In this document: positions 46,080 through 58,830 of the stretch, piece after piece | Numbering within the stretch: position 1 is the stretch's first letter | How the letters are laid out: the number at the start of each line of letters is the position of its first letter | Source: Hemiscyllium ocellatum | Taxonomy: Eukaryota | Length of the DNA stretch: 64,000 bases | Direction of reading: 5' to 3' | Assembly: GCF_020745735.1 (NCBI RefSeq) | Contig: NC_083409.1 | Coordinates: forward strand, 7,057,534-7,121,533 | The notes under the pieces: model-generated | The model's input: only the letters and a program-made list of their open reading frames with translations | Database searches by the model: none | What the model was told of the DNA's origin: nothing | Translations under genes and position numbers: made by a program

Positions 46080-47705
46080 AACCTCTACATAAACCCAAAA
46101 CACTTAAGCTATAGGAGCAGAATTGGGCCAGTCAGAATTGAGTCTGCTCTGCCATTTGATCTTGTAGGATGGTTTCTCTAACCCATTCTCCTTTTAACAT
46201 TTGATCTACTTACTGATCAAGAACCTATCTGTCTCTGTTTTAAATGCTCTCAACACCGTGGCCTACATCGACTTCTGTGAAAATGAATTCCGCAGATTCA
46301 CCACCCTGTGGCTGAAGAAATGCCTCCTTATCTCAGTTCTGACTGATCATTCTTCACTCTGAGGCTGTGCCTTCGGGCTCGAGTTTCTTCTATTCGTGGA
46401 AACACCTTCTCCATGTTCTACAGGCCTCTCAATATTCTGTAGTTTCAATAAGATTCCCCCATCATCTTTATAAACTCAATTGCGTTCAGATCCAGAATCC
46501 CCAACCACTCTTTATATGATACCCCTTCTATTCCCAGGATCATTCTTATTCTTTCTCCCTTTTTCCTCTGGACCCTCTCCAATGAAGCACATCCTTCCTT
46601 AATAAGGAGACCAAAATTTCAAATGTGGTCTGATTACAGACTGATACAAACTCAGCAGTACACCTCTGACGTTAAAGTTATGCTAACATTGTAACTGCCT
46701 TTCAAACAGCCAATGGTGAACCTGCACGTTAACCTTCAGAGAAACCTGAACAAGGACTCCCAATTCTCTTTGTGCTTCAGATTTCTGAAATCTTTCCTAA
46801 CTTAGAAAACAGTCTGTGCCTCTATTCTTCCCACCAAAGTATCTAGCCTCACAAGTCCCCGCATTGTACTCCACCTGCCACTTCTTTGCACATTCTCCCA
46901 GCCTGACCAAGTCCTTCTGCAATCCCCCCCACTTTCTCAACTCCACTTGTCTTTTCACCTATTTTTGTGTCATCTACAAACTTATCAACAATATCTTGAT
47001 GAATACTAGGGCCTCAAAGGAATATAGTGGAGCAGATGGACCTTAGAATTCAGTTAAGCACTTCTCTGAAAATGGAGACACAGGTAGATAGAGCAGAGAA
47101 GAGAGCTTTTTCTTCAGTGCCCTTCGTCAGTCAGAACATTGACTACAGATTTTGGGAAGTTATTTTGCAGTTATACAGGACATTGGTGAAGCCACACTTG
47201 AAATATTGTTTTCAGTTTTGGTCACCTTGTTACATCAAGGATGTTACTAAACTGGAAAGAGTGCAGAAGAAATTTGCAAGGATGTTGCCAGGATTCAATG
47301 GTTTCGGTTAAAGGGAGAGTACTTTTTTCTTTAGAGTGTAGGAGACTGAGGGAGGACCTCATAAGATCATGAGAGGCATGGATAGTGTGACTTCACTCAG
47401 TCTTTTCCCCAGGGTTTGAGAATATGAATTAGAGCACATCAGTATAGGTTTAGGGGGAAAGCGTAAAAAGAACCTGAGGGGAAACCTTTTTACACATCGG
47501 ATGGATCGTATATGGAATGAGCTGCCAGTGGAAGTGGTTGAGGTGGGTACACTAATAACATTTAAAAGGTATTTGGGAAAATACAGCCAAGGAACGGATT
47601 CAGAAGGATATGGGCCAAGTGCAGGATTAGAGTAAAATGGCATTTTGGTTGGCATGGACCAGTTTGGTCCAAGTGGCCTGTTTCCATGCTGTAGGACTCT
47701 GTGAC
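46080..47705. mobile_element. Two CR1 3' fragments (minus 46080-46990; plus 46990-47705)
   Basis: ORF 47027 LYRTLVKPHLKYCFQFWSP; 3' UTR motifs. Confidence 0.8.
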
Positions 47706-50569
47706 ATTGTTATGGACCAGGCCAGACCCTTCGAAATATTTTAGGAATGCAGCCCAGACCTTACCTTTTCGAATTGTGTCAAGCGAATAAACATCCGTTG
47801 TGAAAGTAGAACAATACAGCACAGAGACGGCCCGTCAGCCCACGATCTAGTGTCAAACATTGCACCAAATCAGATTTTATGTCTTTCCATGGCCCATGCC
47901 CTTCTATTCCTTGCATATTAATATGCTTGTTTAGAAATCCCTTAAACGCTCTTATAGTGTCTGCCTCCAAAACCACCACTGGCAACACGTCCCAGGATCT
48001 TACCATTATGCAAGTAATAAACTTGCCCCTCATATCTAATTTGAATTTGCCTCTCTCACCGTAAACATCCGAGTTGCAGATATTTCAATCTGCAAATACA
48101 CTGACCGTCAAACACATCGAAGCATTTATTAAGTGCAACATCTCGCCTTAGCCTTGGTCGATCCAGGGATGACGTTGGAGGGAAGACTTCATATATGTGG
48201 AACGTTGGATTATCTTCCAACGAAAGTGGGATCTGCGCAAGAAGAACGGGTTGAACGTGCACTGGAGAGGTGGGAGGCTTGCAAGATCTCTTCGGGTGGA
48301 ATTAAAATGGAAGAAGTATGAGGAAGAAGGTTGAAGAACGTACAATATGTATCAATACTTGGGAATATGATGTACTGGCCATGACAGAGACGTGGGACAG
48401 GAATGGTTGTTGGGTGTTCCAGAGTTTTTAAGTTTCGAAAGTAATTGTGAGAGAGGTAAAAGAAGTGGGGTAGTGGCACTGCTGATCGGCGATAGTATGA
48501 CAGCTGTAGAAAGTGAGATTGTTGAGAAGTTTTGTCGACAGAGTCATTATAGGTGGAAGTCAGATATGGAAAATGAGCCGCCAATTTCTTACGAGTGTTC
48601 AACAGAGAATCCAGTAGTAACAGAGATACGGAGGAGCAAGTAGGTCGGCAGATTTGGTAAGGTGCAGAAGTAACAGTGATATTGTCATGAGTGACTTTAA
48701 CATCCATAATATTGATTGGAAACTTAGTTAAAATAGCTTGAATGTAGCAGTTTTATCACTGTCACTGTTCACTGGCGTAGTTCCAGGTGTGTTCAGGAAG
48801 GATTTATCACTCAAGATGTGCATAGGTGGACTAGACGGGAGGCCATATTGGATTTGGTGCTTGGCAACGAACCAGACCAATTTTCAGATGGCTTTGTGGG
48901 AGAGCATTTCTGTGACAGTGATCACAACTCCCTGATATTTGCTACACTCATGGAAAGCAATAGAGGCAAACCTATGAGAATAATTTGATTGAAGGAGAAG
49001 GAATTATAAGGCCATTGGGCAGGAACTGTGGTGCCTAAATTGGAAACAGATGTTGTAAGTAAAAGGCACGACAGAAATGTGGGATTGTTTCGGGAAGAAT
49101 TGTTGTGAGAACATGATAGTTTTGTCTCATTGAGGCAAGGAACGGATGGAAGGGTGAAGCAACAGTGAGCGCCAAGGGATGTAGAGCATCTAATGAAGAG
49201 GAAGAAGGAAGAGAACGTCAGGTTCAGAAGGTAGGTAACAGACAGGAATTCATAGGCGTACAAGATAGTAGGAAGTAACTGAAGAATGGACTTAGGAGAA
49301 GTAGAAGGAGCATAATAACGTTAACGTGTAGGATTAAAGAAAATTGTATGGCATTGGGGTGGAGCCGATCAGGCAGAGAGGAGAGAACTTGTGCCGGGAG
49401 TCAGCAGAGGTAGAGAATGTCCTGAATGAATTCTTTGCCTTAGTATTCATTAGATGGGGGACTTTGATGTTTGCAATGACAGCGAGGACCAGGTTCGAAT
49501 ACGCTGATGTTAAGAAGGAGGATGCGCTGAGAGTTTTGTAAAACATAACGACAGAAAAGTCCACTGTGTCAGACGGTACATGCCCGTGGGTCTTGCAGCA
49601 AGTGATGGAAGAGATTGCCTCACTTTTGGCGATGATCTTTCAGCCCTCACTGTCAACTGGATTAGTAGCAGATGATTCGTGTGTGGCAGGTGTTATTCCC
49701 TTGTTCAATAAAGGGAACAGGGATAATCCTGAGAATTATAGACCTTTCAGTATTAGGTCTGTGGTGTACAAATTATTAAAGAGGATTCTGAGAGACAGGA
49801 TGTATGATTACTTAGAAAAAAATATTGTTTGGTTAGAAATATGATGGCTTCCGAGGGGCGCATCATGCTACAGAAACTTTTTTGTAATCTTCAAGGATGT
49901 GACAAACACATTGATGAGGTTAGAACAGTGGTTGTGGTGCGTATAGTGTGTTATCATGATCTTCGATAAGGTTTGCTAAGGCAGGCTCATTCAAAAATTA
50001 AGGAGATATGGTATGTGGGGAAATTTGGCTGTCTGAATACAGAAATAGCTGGCTCCCGGAAGACAGAGGGTGGTAGTTAATGGAAAGTATGAGCTGGAGT
50101 TCGTTGACCAGTAGTGTTCTGGATGAATCTGTTGTTGGGACTCTCCTCTTTGTAATTTTCGTAAGTGACTTCAGTGAGCAAGTGGAAGGGGGGACTAATA
50201 AATCTTCCAATGCGTTAAAGGTAGGTGGAGCTGTGGGTAATGTGAAGGGCTGTTTTTAGTGGTAACGGGGCATTGGCATGATAGATTGTTGGGCTAAGTG
50301 TCAGATCGATTTCAAACTGGAAAGTGTGAAATGATCCATTTTGGAAGATCGAATTTGAATGCAGAGTACAGGTTTGAAAGCGGGTATCTCGGCAGTGTGG
50401 ACGAACAGTGGGATCTTGGGATCCATGCCCAGGTGTCCATCAAAGTTGCCACACAAGTTGAAAGAAATGTTAAGAAGACATACATTGTCTGCGTTTCATT
50501 AACGGGGATTGAGTTGAAGTGCCGCGAGGATATGCTGCAAATCTATGGAGTTTAAAAATGTATTGCTGG

Positions 50570-50750
50570 AAAAGCGCAGCACGTCAGGCAGCATCAAAGG
50601 AACAAGAGAGTCGACGTTTCGGGCATAAGCCCTTCTTCAGGCTTATGTCCGAAACGTCGATTTTCCTGTTCATTTGATGCTGCCTGACCTGCTGCGCATT
50701 TCCAACACCACATTTTTAAGCTCTAATCTCCAGCATCTGCAGTCCTCACT
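50570..50750. mobile_element. Head-to-head inverted pair of PLE pLTR-derived short elements; minus-strand hammerhead core CTGAAGA-AGGGC-TTAT-GCCC-GAAA-CG-TC
   Basis: GAGAGTCGACGTTTCGGGCATAAGCCCTTCTTCAGG followed by GCTTATGTCCGAAACGTCGA; counterpart at 54650-54790. Confidence 0.75.
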
Positions 50751-52329
50751 GTCTGCAAATCTATTGAACCCTGATTAGTCTGGAACCCTGATTAGTCAAC
50801 TTTTGGAATATTTTGTTCACTTCTGGTCGCATCATTATCGGATGGATGTGGAGGCTTGAAAGAAAGTGCCAAAAGAGATTTAATAGGATGCTGCATGGAC
50901 TGGAGGTCATGTCTTATGGAGAAAGGATATCTTGTATCACTGTATTCTGACAGTTGAAAGACTTAACAGACAATCAATTTTTCAATGTATAATTTCAGTT
51001 AACTCACACTGTAAATTTACACTACAGTACACTGACCCAGTGATAAACAGGGCGTATAGCATACAATAGAGAGTGTTGAGAGACGTATTTGACACAGATT
51101 CGGGGAGATAACACCTCAGACAAGACTGAACTGGGAAGCGAGAAGATAAACAGAAGAAAAGCTTTCAGTGGCGAGTGACAGACATACTTTAGTGAGGAGG
51201 ATTCTGGGGAAATTCAGCTCAGTTAGCAAGACTGAACAGCGGATCGAGGAAGACCCCCCATACCCACTCAACTACAATCCAGTACTGAACAAGTGGAAGA
51301 GAATTCAGCAAAGAGTGACAGACATACTTCACTCAGAAGCATTGTGGGAGAGGTCGACTCAATATCTACAACGTAGCAGCGTGTTGGGCGAGACCCCCTA
51401 CTCCCAAATGGTAAATAGAAGGATGAATATACAATGGAGAACAGCAGAGAAACATTAGCCAGCGGTAAATGTGAATGGGTTTGGATGTGATATTCTTTAG
51501 AGGGTCAGCATGGATATGTTGGTCCAAAGGGACTACTTCTAGACTGCAGCAATTCTAAGATTCTAAGACATCAATGGGGAGCATTCCGGAGGAGTCGACT
51601 CAGTCACTGCAACAAAACAGCGGATCGAGGAAGAACTCAATACCAGGGAATGGCAATCCCTAAGACTGATATTACTGTAGTCCTTTCTTCTTTCCACCTT
51701 TTCCAACCAAGGGGATGTCAGAAAGTACCCACGAAAGTACTTGATCACTTTGTAAAGATTGCACTGTAATTCAAATCACCAGTTAAGTGGAAATTCTCAA
51801 CAAAACAGTTTCAGAGTGGTCGCTTTGAGATGCATGTGCTGCTGGTTTTTGTAAGTGCAACTTCAAGGAACACTGCGCAAAGTGGGTTCAACGTACAAGA
51901 TAAAGGCAAGCTAAGATTCTTTCATCTTTCTTCGTGTGAAGAGTCTGAGATGGCAGTTAAGGCCGTGGCGTGCTCGTATTCGCAGATGTAGGAGATCAGG
52001 GAGCAGTCTCGTCTTTCTGATGACTATACACACCGGAAGTGTGAACAGCAGCAGCTCCTCAGAGACCGCATTGTTCAGTCGGAGGGGACCTGGATAGAAC
52101 GAGGAGCATGCAGAGTGGAAAGGAATGTAACAGGCAGTCGTTCCTGGGAGGTGGCCACGCCAAAGTTTCAGTTTGAGAAACGGATGACCACCAGGAGAGG
52201 CGAGAAGGAAGTGCAAGGGTTTCCGATAGATATTCCACTCTGTAACAGTTATCCCGTTTTGAATACTGTCGAAGGGGGCATAGACTCTCAGGATCGTGTA
52301 ACAGCAGCATCCAGGCCTTCATAGAAACG

Positions 52330-52607
52330 CAATGACTGAGAGACACAGTGCCTGAGAAACAGAGAGCCTGATAAACACAGTGCCTGAGAAACACATTTAA
52401 TGAGAAACACAGTGCCTGAGAAACAGAGTGCCTGAGAAACAGAGCCTGCGAAATACAATGCCTGATAAACACAGTGCCTGAGAAACAGTATCTGAGAAAC
52501 ACAGTGCCTGAGAAACAGAGAGCCTGCGAAACACAATGCCTGAGAAACAGCGATCCTGAGAAACACAGTGCCTGAGAAAACAAGTGCCTGAGAAACACAG
52601 TGCCTGA
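52330..52607 (+). repeat. 16-bp satellite (GCCTGAGAAACACAGT)n containing 7 perfect CACAGTG heptamers
   Basis: Counted at 52344, 52376, 52408, 52470, 52500, 52564 and 52596. Confidence 0.95.
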
Positions 52608-54099
52608 CAAGGTTTGGTGGAAGGTTATTTTTATGGCTGCAGTTCGATGAACAGCAGTGTTAGGCAAGTATCAAGACTGTGACCTCTGCTTGTTATGATC
52701 TAAAGTACTTGGAAGACAATGCAGTTGCTGCTGTTAGTAAGTTTGCAGACAATACAATTTTCGGTGAAATTGTGCGTAGTGACAGCAGAATATGAATCAT
52801 TTTCACATTTTAGAGAGAAATTGAGTTGGAGTTCAAACTGCGGTCAGTGTAAGTGGTTGCACCTTGAGAGATCAAATGCTAAGGGCAATTATGAGGTTAA
52901 CGGAAGGTGCCACACAGGAGGGTACTGAGTAAGATGCCTCTGATGTTAGATACAAAGTGGTAGCATGGGTGGAAGTTTGACTGTCCAGCAGAAAGCAGAC
53001 ATTGGAGATTAAAGGTTCCTTCTCAGGATGGCAGGCAGTGACAAGTTGTTTTCGGAAGGATTAGTGTTGGGACCACAACTTTTCAGTTTTTGTATTAAAG
53101 GCCAAGGCGAAGGAATTCAGCTCTTTCTGGCTACGGTTGCAGAAGATACAAAGACACAAAATGGGACTGGTAGCAATGAGGAATTTGGAAAGGTTCAGAA
53201 TGATTCGACTGCTTAGGAAAGTGAGCAATGAAGTGGCAGATGCAGAACAACATGGAGAAGTGTGAGTTCATGCATTTTGGTGGAAGAATGGTGGCGTGGA
53301 CTACTTTCTAAATTTGGACAAATTTCTTAAACCTGAAGTGGAATGAGACTTGGGTGTTCTTGTCCAGGAACCTCTTAAGGTAAACTTGCAGGTTACGTCA
53401 GTAGTTACGAATGCAAACGCAATTTTGGTGTTTATTTTGTGAGGACTGAATATAAAAAAAACTGGGATGTACTTCTGAATCGCTATAGGGCCCTGGTCAA
53501 AGCACATTCGGAGTATTGTGAGTAGTTTTGGCCAAGTATCTCAGAACGGACGTACTAGAACTGGAGCGAGTTCAGGGGAGGCTCAGTGAATCAAACGCTT
53601 AACATATGGGGAAATTTGAGGACTCTGGGTTTGTGCTCGATTGCGTTTAGAAGAATGAGAGATTATCTATTTGAAACAGATTGAATACGGAATTCCTGGA
53701 CAGAGTAGATGTTGGAACGATGTTTCCATTCGTAAGAGAGACGAGGACCCGAGGGCATAAGCGTCGAGTAACGTGAAGATGTCTTAGAATGGAGATAAGG
53801 AGAAACTTCTTCATCCACAGTGTGGTGAATCTGTGGTTGCGATTGCTGTAGAAGGCTGTGGAGAACAGGTCATTGAACATATTTGAGAGGGAAATAGTTT
53901 CTTGAGCATTAAGGAGATCACGGATTATGGGGGAAAAGCGGTAGAATGGGGTTGAGAAACTTATCAGCAATGATTCAATGGTGGAGCAGACTCAATGGTC
54001 TAAATGGAATAATTCCTTCTCCTATGTCTTATCGTCTTATGATTTTTATTTGTATGTTGCAACGGATTAGAGGGTATGAGTTTTCAAAAGAGTCAAGTA

Positions 54100-57000
54100 A
54101 AACTCGAGCTGTTTTACATAGAAAATAGGACAGTTTATGCCCTTCCCACCTTAATGTTTTGTCGATCTATAAATGTCGTCTAAGATGAAACTAAACGATA
54201 TACCCTTTATTGTACTATCCTCCAATTGCCTATCTAAGATTTGCTTCAATTTCTCAAATGTATTTGGCAGTCTATTCCACACACCTACACTCTGCGTAAA
54301 GAACCTAGCCCTGATAGCTGCCCTAAGCCATCCTTCAATCACCTTAACATTCTGCCCTATTGTGGTAGCCATTTCGGCCTTGGGAAAAAAGACTCTTGAG
54401 TATTCACTCTATCCGTGTCTCTCAACACCTTGTTTACCACTATGAAGTTTGCTTTCAAACTTTTTCGCTCCAATGAGAAAAAAACCTTAGCTCCATCAAC
54501 CTTCTTTCATAAGACATGACCTCCAGTCCAAGCATCATCCTGTTAAATCTCTTTTGGCACCTTCTCTCAAGCCTCCACATCCATGCTATAATGATGCGTC
54601 CAGAAGTGAACATAATATTCCAAGTGTTGACTAATCAGGGTTCCATAGATTTGCAAAATGTGAGGAATGCAGATGCTGGAAATCAGAGCATGAAAATGTT
54701 TTGCTGAAGAGGGGCTTATGCCCTAAACGTCGACTCTCCTGTTTCTTTGATGCTGTCTGACCTGCTGCGCTTTTCCAGCAACACATTTTTAAACCCCATA
54801 GATTTGCAGCATATCCTCGCGGCTCTTCAACTAAATCCCCCTGTTAATGAAACCCAGACAATGTATGTTTTCTTAACATTTCTTTCAAATTGTGTGGCGA
54901 CTTTAATGGGCACCTGGGCATGGATCCAAAGATCCCTCTGTTCGTCCATACTACCAAGAAACCTGCCTTCAAACCTCTACTCTGCATTCAAATTCGATCT
55001 TCCAAAATGGATCACTTCACACTTTCCAGTTTGAAATCGATCTGACACTTAGCCCAATAATGCATCATGTCAATGCCCCGTTACCACCAAAAACAGGCCT
55101 TCACATTACCTACAACTCCACCAACCTTCGAATCATCAGAAGATTTATTAACCCCACTCCCTCACTTCCACTTGCTCACTGAAGTCACTTACGAAAATTA
55201 CAAAGAGGAGAGTCCCAACAACAGATTTATCCAGAACACTACTGGTCACCGAACTCCAGCTCATACTTCCCATTAACTACCACCCTCTGTCTTCCGGGAG
55301 CCAGCTATTTCTGTATTCAGACAGCCAAATTTCCTCACATACCATATCTCCTTAATTTTTGAATGAGCCTGCCTGAGCAAACCTTATCGAAGATCATGAT
55401 AACACACTATACGCACCACAACCACTGTTCTAACCTCATCAATGTGTTTGTCACATCCTTGAAGATTACAAAAAAGTTTCTGTAGCATGATGCGCCCCTC
55501 AGGATGTCATCATATTTCTAACCAAACAATATTTTTTTCCAAGTAATCATACATCCTGTCTGTCAGAATCCTCTTTAATAATTTGTACACCACAGACCTA
55601 ATACTGAATGGTCTATAATTCTCAGGATTGTCCCTGTTCCTTTTATTGAACAAGGGAATAACACCTGCCACCCACTAATCATCTGCTATAATCCAGTTGA
55701 CAGTGAGGGCTGAAAGATCATCGCCAAAAGTGAGGCAATCTCTTCCATCACTTGCTGTAAGACCCACGGGTATGTACCGTCTGGCACAGTGGACTTTTCT
55801 GTCGTTCTGTTTTCCAAAACTCTCAGCGCATTCTCCTTCTTTACGTCAACATATTCGAACCCAATAGCCTGTTCTTCGCTGTCATCACAAACATCAAAGT
55901 CCTCCTATCTAATGAATACTGAGGCAAAGAATTCATTCAGGACATTCTCTACCTCTGCTGAGTCCTGGCACAAGTTCCCTCCTCTCTGCCTGATCGGCCA
56001 GACCCTCACTCTGGCTATCCTCCTTTTCCTCACAATTGTATGCAATGCCATAGAATTTTTTTTAATCCTACAGGCTGACGTTTTTATGCACCTTCTACTT
56101 CTCCTAAGTCCATTCTTCAGTTCCTTCCTACTATCTTGTACCCCGATAAATTCCTGTCTGTTACCTACCTTCTTAACCTTACGTTATCTTCCTTCTTCCT
56201 CTTAATTAGATGCTCTTCATCCCTTGTCGGTTACCTTTCTCAAATTACTTTTGAAACTTGAAAACTTTGGAATACCCAACAACCATACCTGTCCCACGTC
56301 TCTGTAGTGGCCAGTGCATCATATTCCCAAGTATTGATACACACTGTACGTTCTTCACCATTCTTCCTCATACTTCTTCCATTAAAATAGACACATTTCA
56401 AACTATCGCACTGACTACACGTTTGACCTATAAACGGTCTATCTGTCTTCACAAGCTCTCTGCACCGTCGACCGGCTGTTGACAAGCTAATTCGTCCACA
56501 GATTTGTCGCTCTGGTTTCCAGCCGGGTTAAACCAAACTAGTTTACTTCCACCCGAAGAGATCCTGAGAAGGAACCTTTAATCTCCAAAGTCTGCTTTCT
56601 GCTAGACGGTGAAACATCCACGCATGCCACCACTTTGTCTCTAACATCAGAGGCATCTTACTCAGTAACCTCCTGTGTGGCACCTTCCATTAACTTCATA
56701 ATTGTCCTGAACATTTGATCTCTCAAGGTGAAACCACTTACAATGACCGCAGTTTGAACTCCAACTCCATTTCTCTGCTAAATCTGAAAATGATGTACAT
56801 TCTGCTGTCACTATGCACAATTTCACTGAAAATTGTATTGTCTGCAAACTTACTAACAGCAGCAACTGCATTGTCTTCCAAGTACTTTATATCATAAAAA
56901 GCAGATGTCGCAGTCTGGATACCTGCCTAACACTACTGTTCATCGAACTCCAGCCATAAAAATAATCTACCACCAACCCTTCTCAGGCATTCTGTTTCTC

Positions 57001-58830
57001 AGGCACTGTGTTTGTCAGGCATTGCGTTTCTCAGGCACTGTGTTTCTCAGGCATTCTCTTTCTCAGACATTGTGTTTCTCAGTCTCTCTTTTTCTCAGGC
57101 ACTGTGTTTCTCAGGCACTCTGTTTCCCAGGCACTGTGTTTCTCACATTCTGTGTTTCTCACATACTGTTTTTCTCAGTCTCTCTTTTTCTAGGGCATCT
57201 GTGTTTCTCAGGCACTCTCTTTCTCAGACATTGTGTTTCTCAGGCTCTCTGTTTCTCAGGCACTGTTTTTCTCAGACACTCTGTTTCTCAGGCTCTGGTC
57301 TCAGGCATTGCGTTTCTCAGGCACTGTGTTTCTCAGGCACTGTGTTTCTCAGGCTCTCTGTTTCTCAGGCAATGTGTTTCTCAGCAACTCAGTTTATCAG
57401 GCACTGTGTTTCTCAGGCACTGCCTTTCTGTGAAGGCCTGTATGCTGCTGTTCCACGCTCCTGAGAGTCTATGCCCCCCTCAACAGTATTAAAAACGGGA
57501 TAGCTGTTACAGAGCGGAATAGCTATCAGTATCCCTTTTACTTCTTCTCGCCTCTCCTGGTGGTCATCCGTTTTTCAAACTGAACCTTTGGCGTGGCCAC
57601 ATCCCAGTAACTACTGCCTATTACAAACCTTTCCACTCTGCATGCTCCTCGTTCTATCCAGGTACTCTCCAACTGAACAATGTGGTCTCTGAGGAACTGC
57701 TGTTCACACTTCCGGTGTGTATAGTCATCAGAAAGACGAGACTGCTCCCTGATCTCCTACATCTGCGAATACGAGCACTCCACGGCTTTAACTGCCATCT
57801 CCGACTCTTCACACGAAGGAAGATGAAAGAATCTTAGCTTGCCTTTATCTTGTACGTTGAACCCACTTTGCCCAGTGTTCCTCGAAGTTGCACTTATAAA
57901 AACCAGCAGCACATGCATCACAAAGCGACCACTCTGAAACTGTTTTGTTGAGAATTTCCACTTAACTGGTGAGTTGAATTACAATGCAATCTTTACAAAG
58001 TGATCAAGTACTTTCGTGGGTACTTTCTGACATCCCCTTGGTTGGAAAAGGTGGAAAGAAGAAAGGACTACAGTAATATCAGTCTTAGGGATTGCCATTC
58101 CTTGGTATTGAGCTCTTCCTTGATCCGCTGTTTTGTTGCAGTGACTGAGTCGACTCCTCCCTAAATGCTCCCCATTGATGTCTTAGAATCTTAGAATTCC
58201 GGCAGTCTGGAAGTAGTCCCTTTAGACCAAAACGTCCATGCTGTCCCTCTAAAGAATATCACATTCAAACCCATTCGCATTTACCGCTGGCTAATGACGC
58301 TCTGCTGTTCTCCATTGAATGTTCATCCTTCTATTTACCATTCGGAGTAGGGGTTCTCGCCCAATACGCTGCTACATTGTGGTTATTGAGTCGACCTCTC
58401 CCCCAATGCTTCTGAGTGAATTGCGTCTGTCACTCTTTGCTGAATGCTCTTCCACTTGTTCCGTACTGGATTGTGGTTGAGTGGGTACGTGGGCGTCTTC
58501 CTCTATCCGCTGTTCAGTCTTGCTGACTGAGCTGACTTTCCCCAGAATCCTCCTCAGTAAAGTTTGTCTGCCTGTCTCCATTGAAAGCTTTTCTCCTGTT
58601 TATCATCTGTATGGGCTTATTCCTCGGTCCCCAGTTCAGTCTTGTCTGAGTTGTTTTCTCCCCGAATCTATATCAATGATGTCTCCCGCAACTCTCTATT
58701 GTATGCTATACTCACTGTTTATCACTGGGCCGGTGTAATGTAGTTTAAATTTGCAGTGTAATGTAACTGAAATTATACATTGAAAAATTGATTGTCTGTT
58801 AAGCATTTCATCTCTTCGAAAACAGTGATC
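54100..58830 (-). repeat. Right (inverted) arm of the duplication: on the minus strand block B (58830-56590), then block A (56580-54480), then CR1 3' end to ~54110
   Basis: e.g. 56230-56400 vs 48300-48460; 55560-56230 vs 49170-49800; 57420-58830 vs 50930-52330. Confidence 0.8.
56985..57425 (-). repeat. 16-bp satellite, inverted and longer paralog (ACTGTGTTTCTCAGGC)n, about 7 perfect heptamers
   Basis: Directly visible; gives LRHCVSQALCFSG pseudo-ORFs. Confidence 0.95.

Larger units (their letters stand above)
48060..54050 (+). repeat. Left arm of a local segmental duplication: CR1 block A (48.3-50.9 kb), block B (50.93-53.0 kb: PLE fragment, unique sequence, CR1 5' end/ORF1, 16-bp satellite), CR1 3' part to 54050
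   Basis: Segment-wise reverse-complement homology to 54480-58830. Confidence 0.8.

Noticed and set aside
52330-52607. Complete RSSs within the heptamer satellite
   Set aside because: Sequences at 12- and 23-bp spacing (AGTGCCTGA, AACACAGTG) do not resemble ACAAAAACC; kept only as isolated heptamers
1806-57425. Tandem arrays as CRISPR-like arrays
   Set aside because: Eukaryotic DNA; the units are contiguous and degenerate with no unique spacers, and there are no cas genes
52059-57492. LRHCVSQALCFSG-repeat ORFs
   Set aside because: Artefact of the 16-bp satellite; no splice or codon evidence
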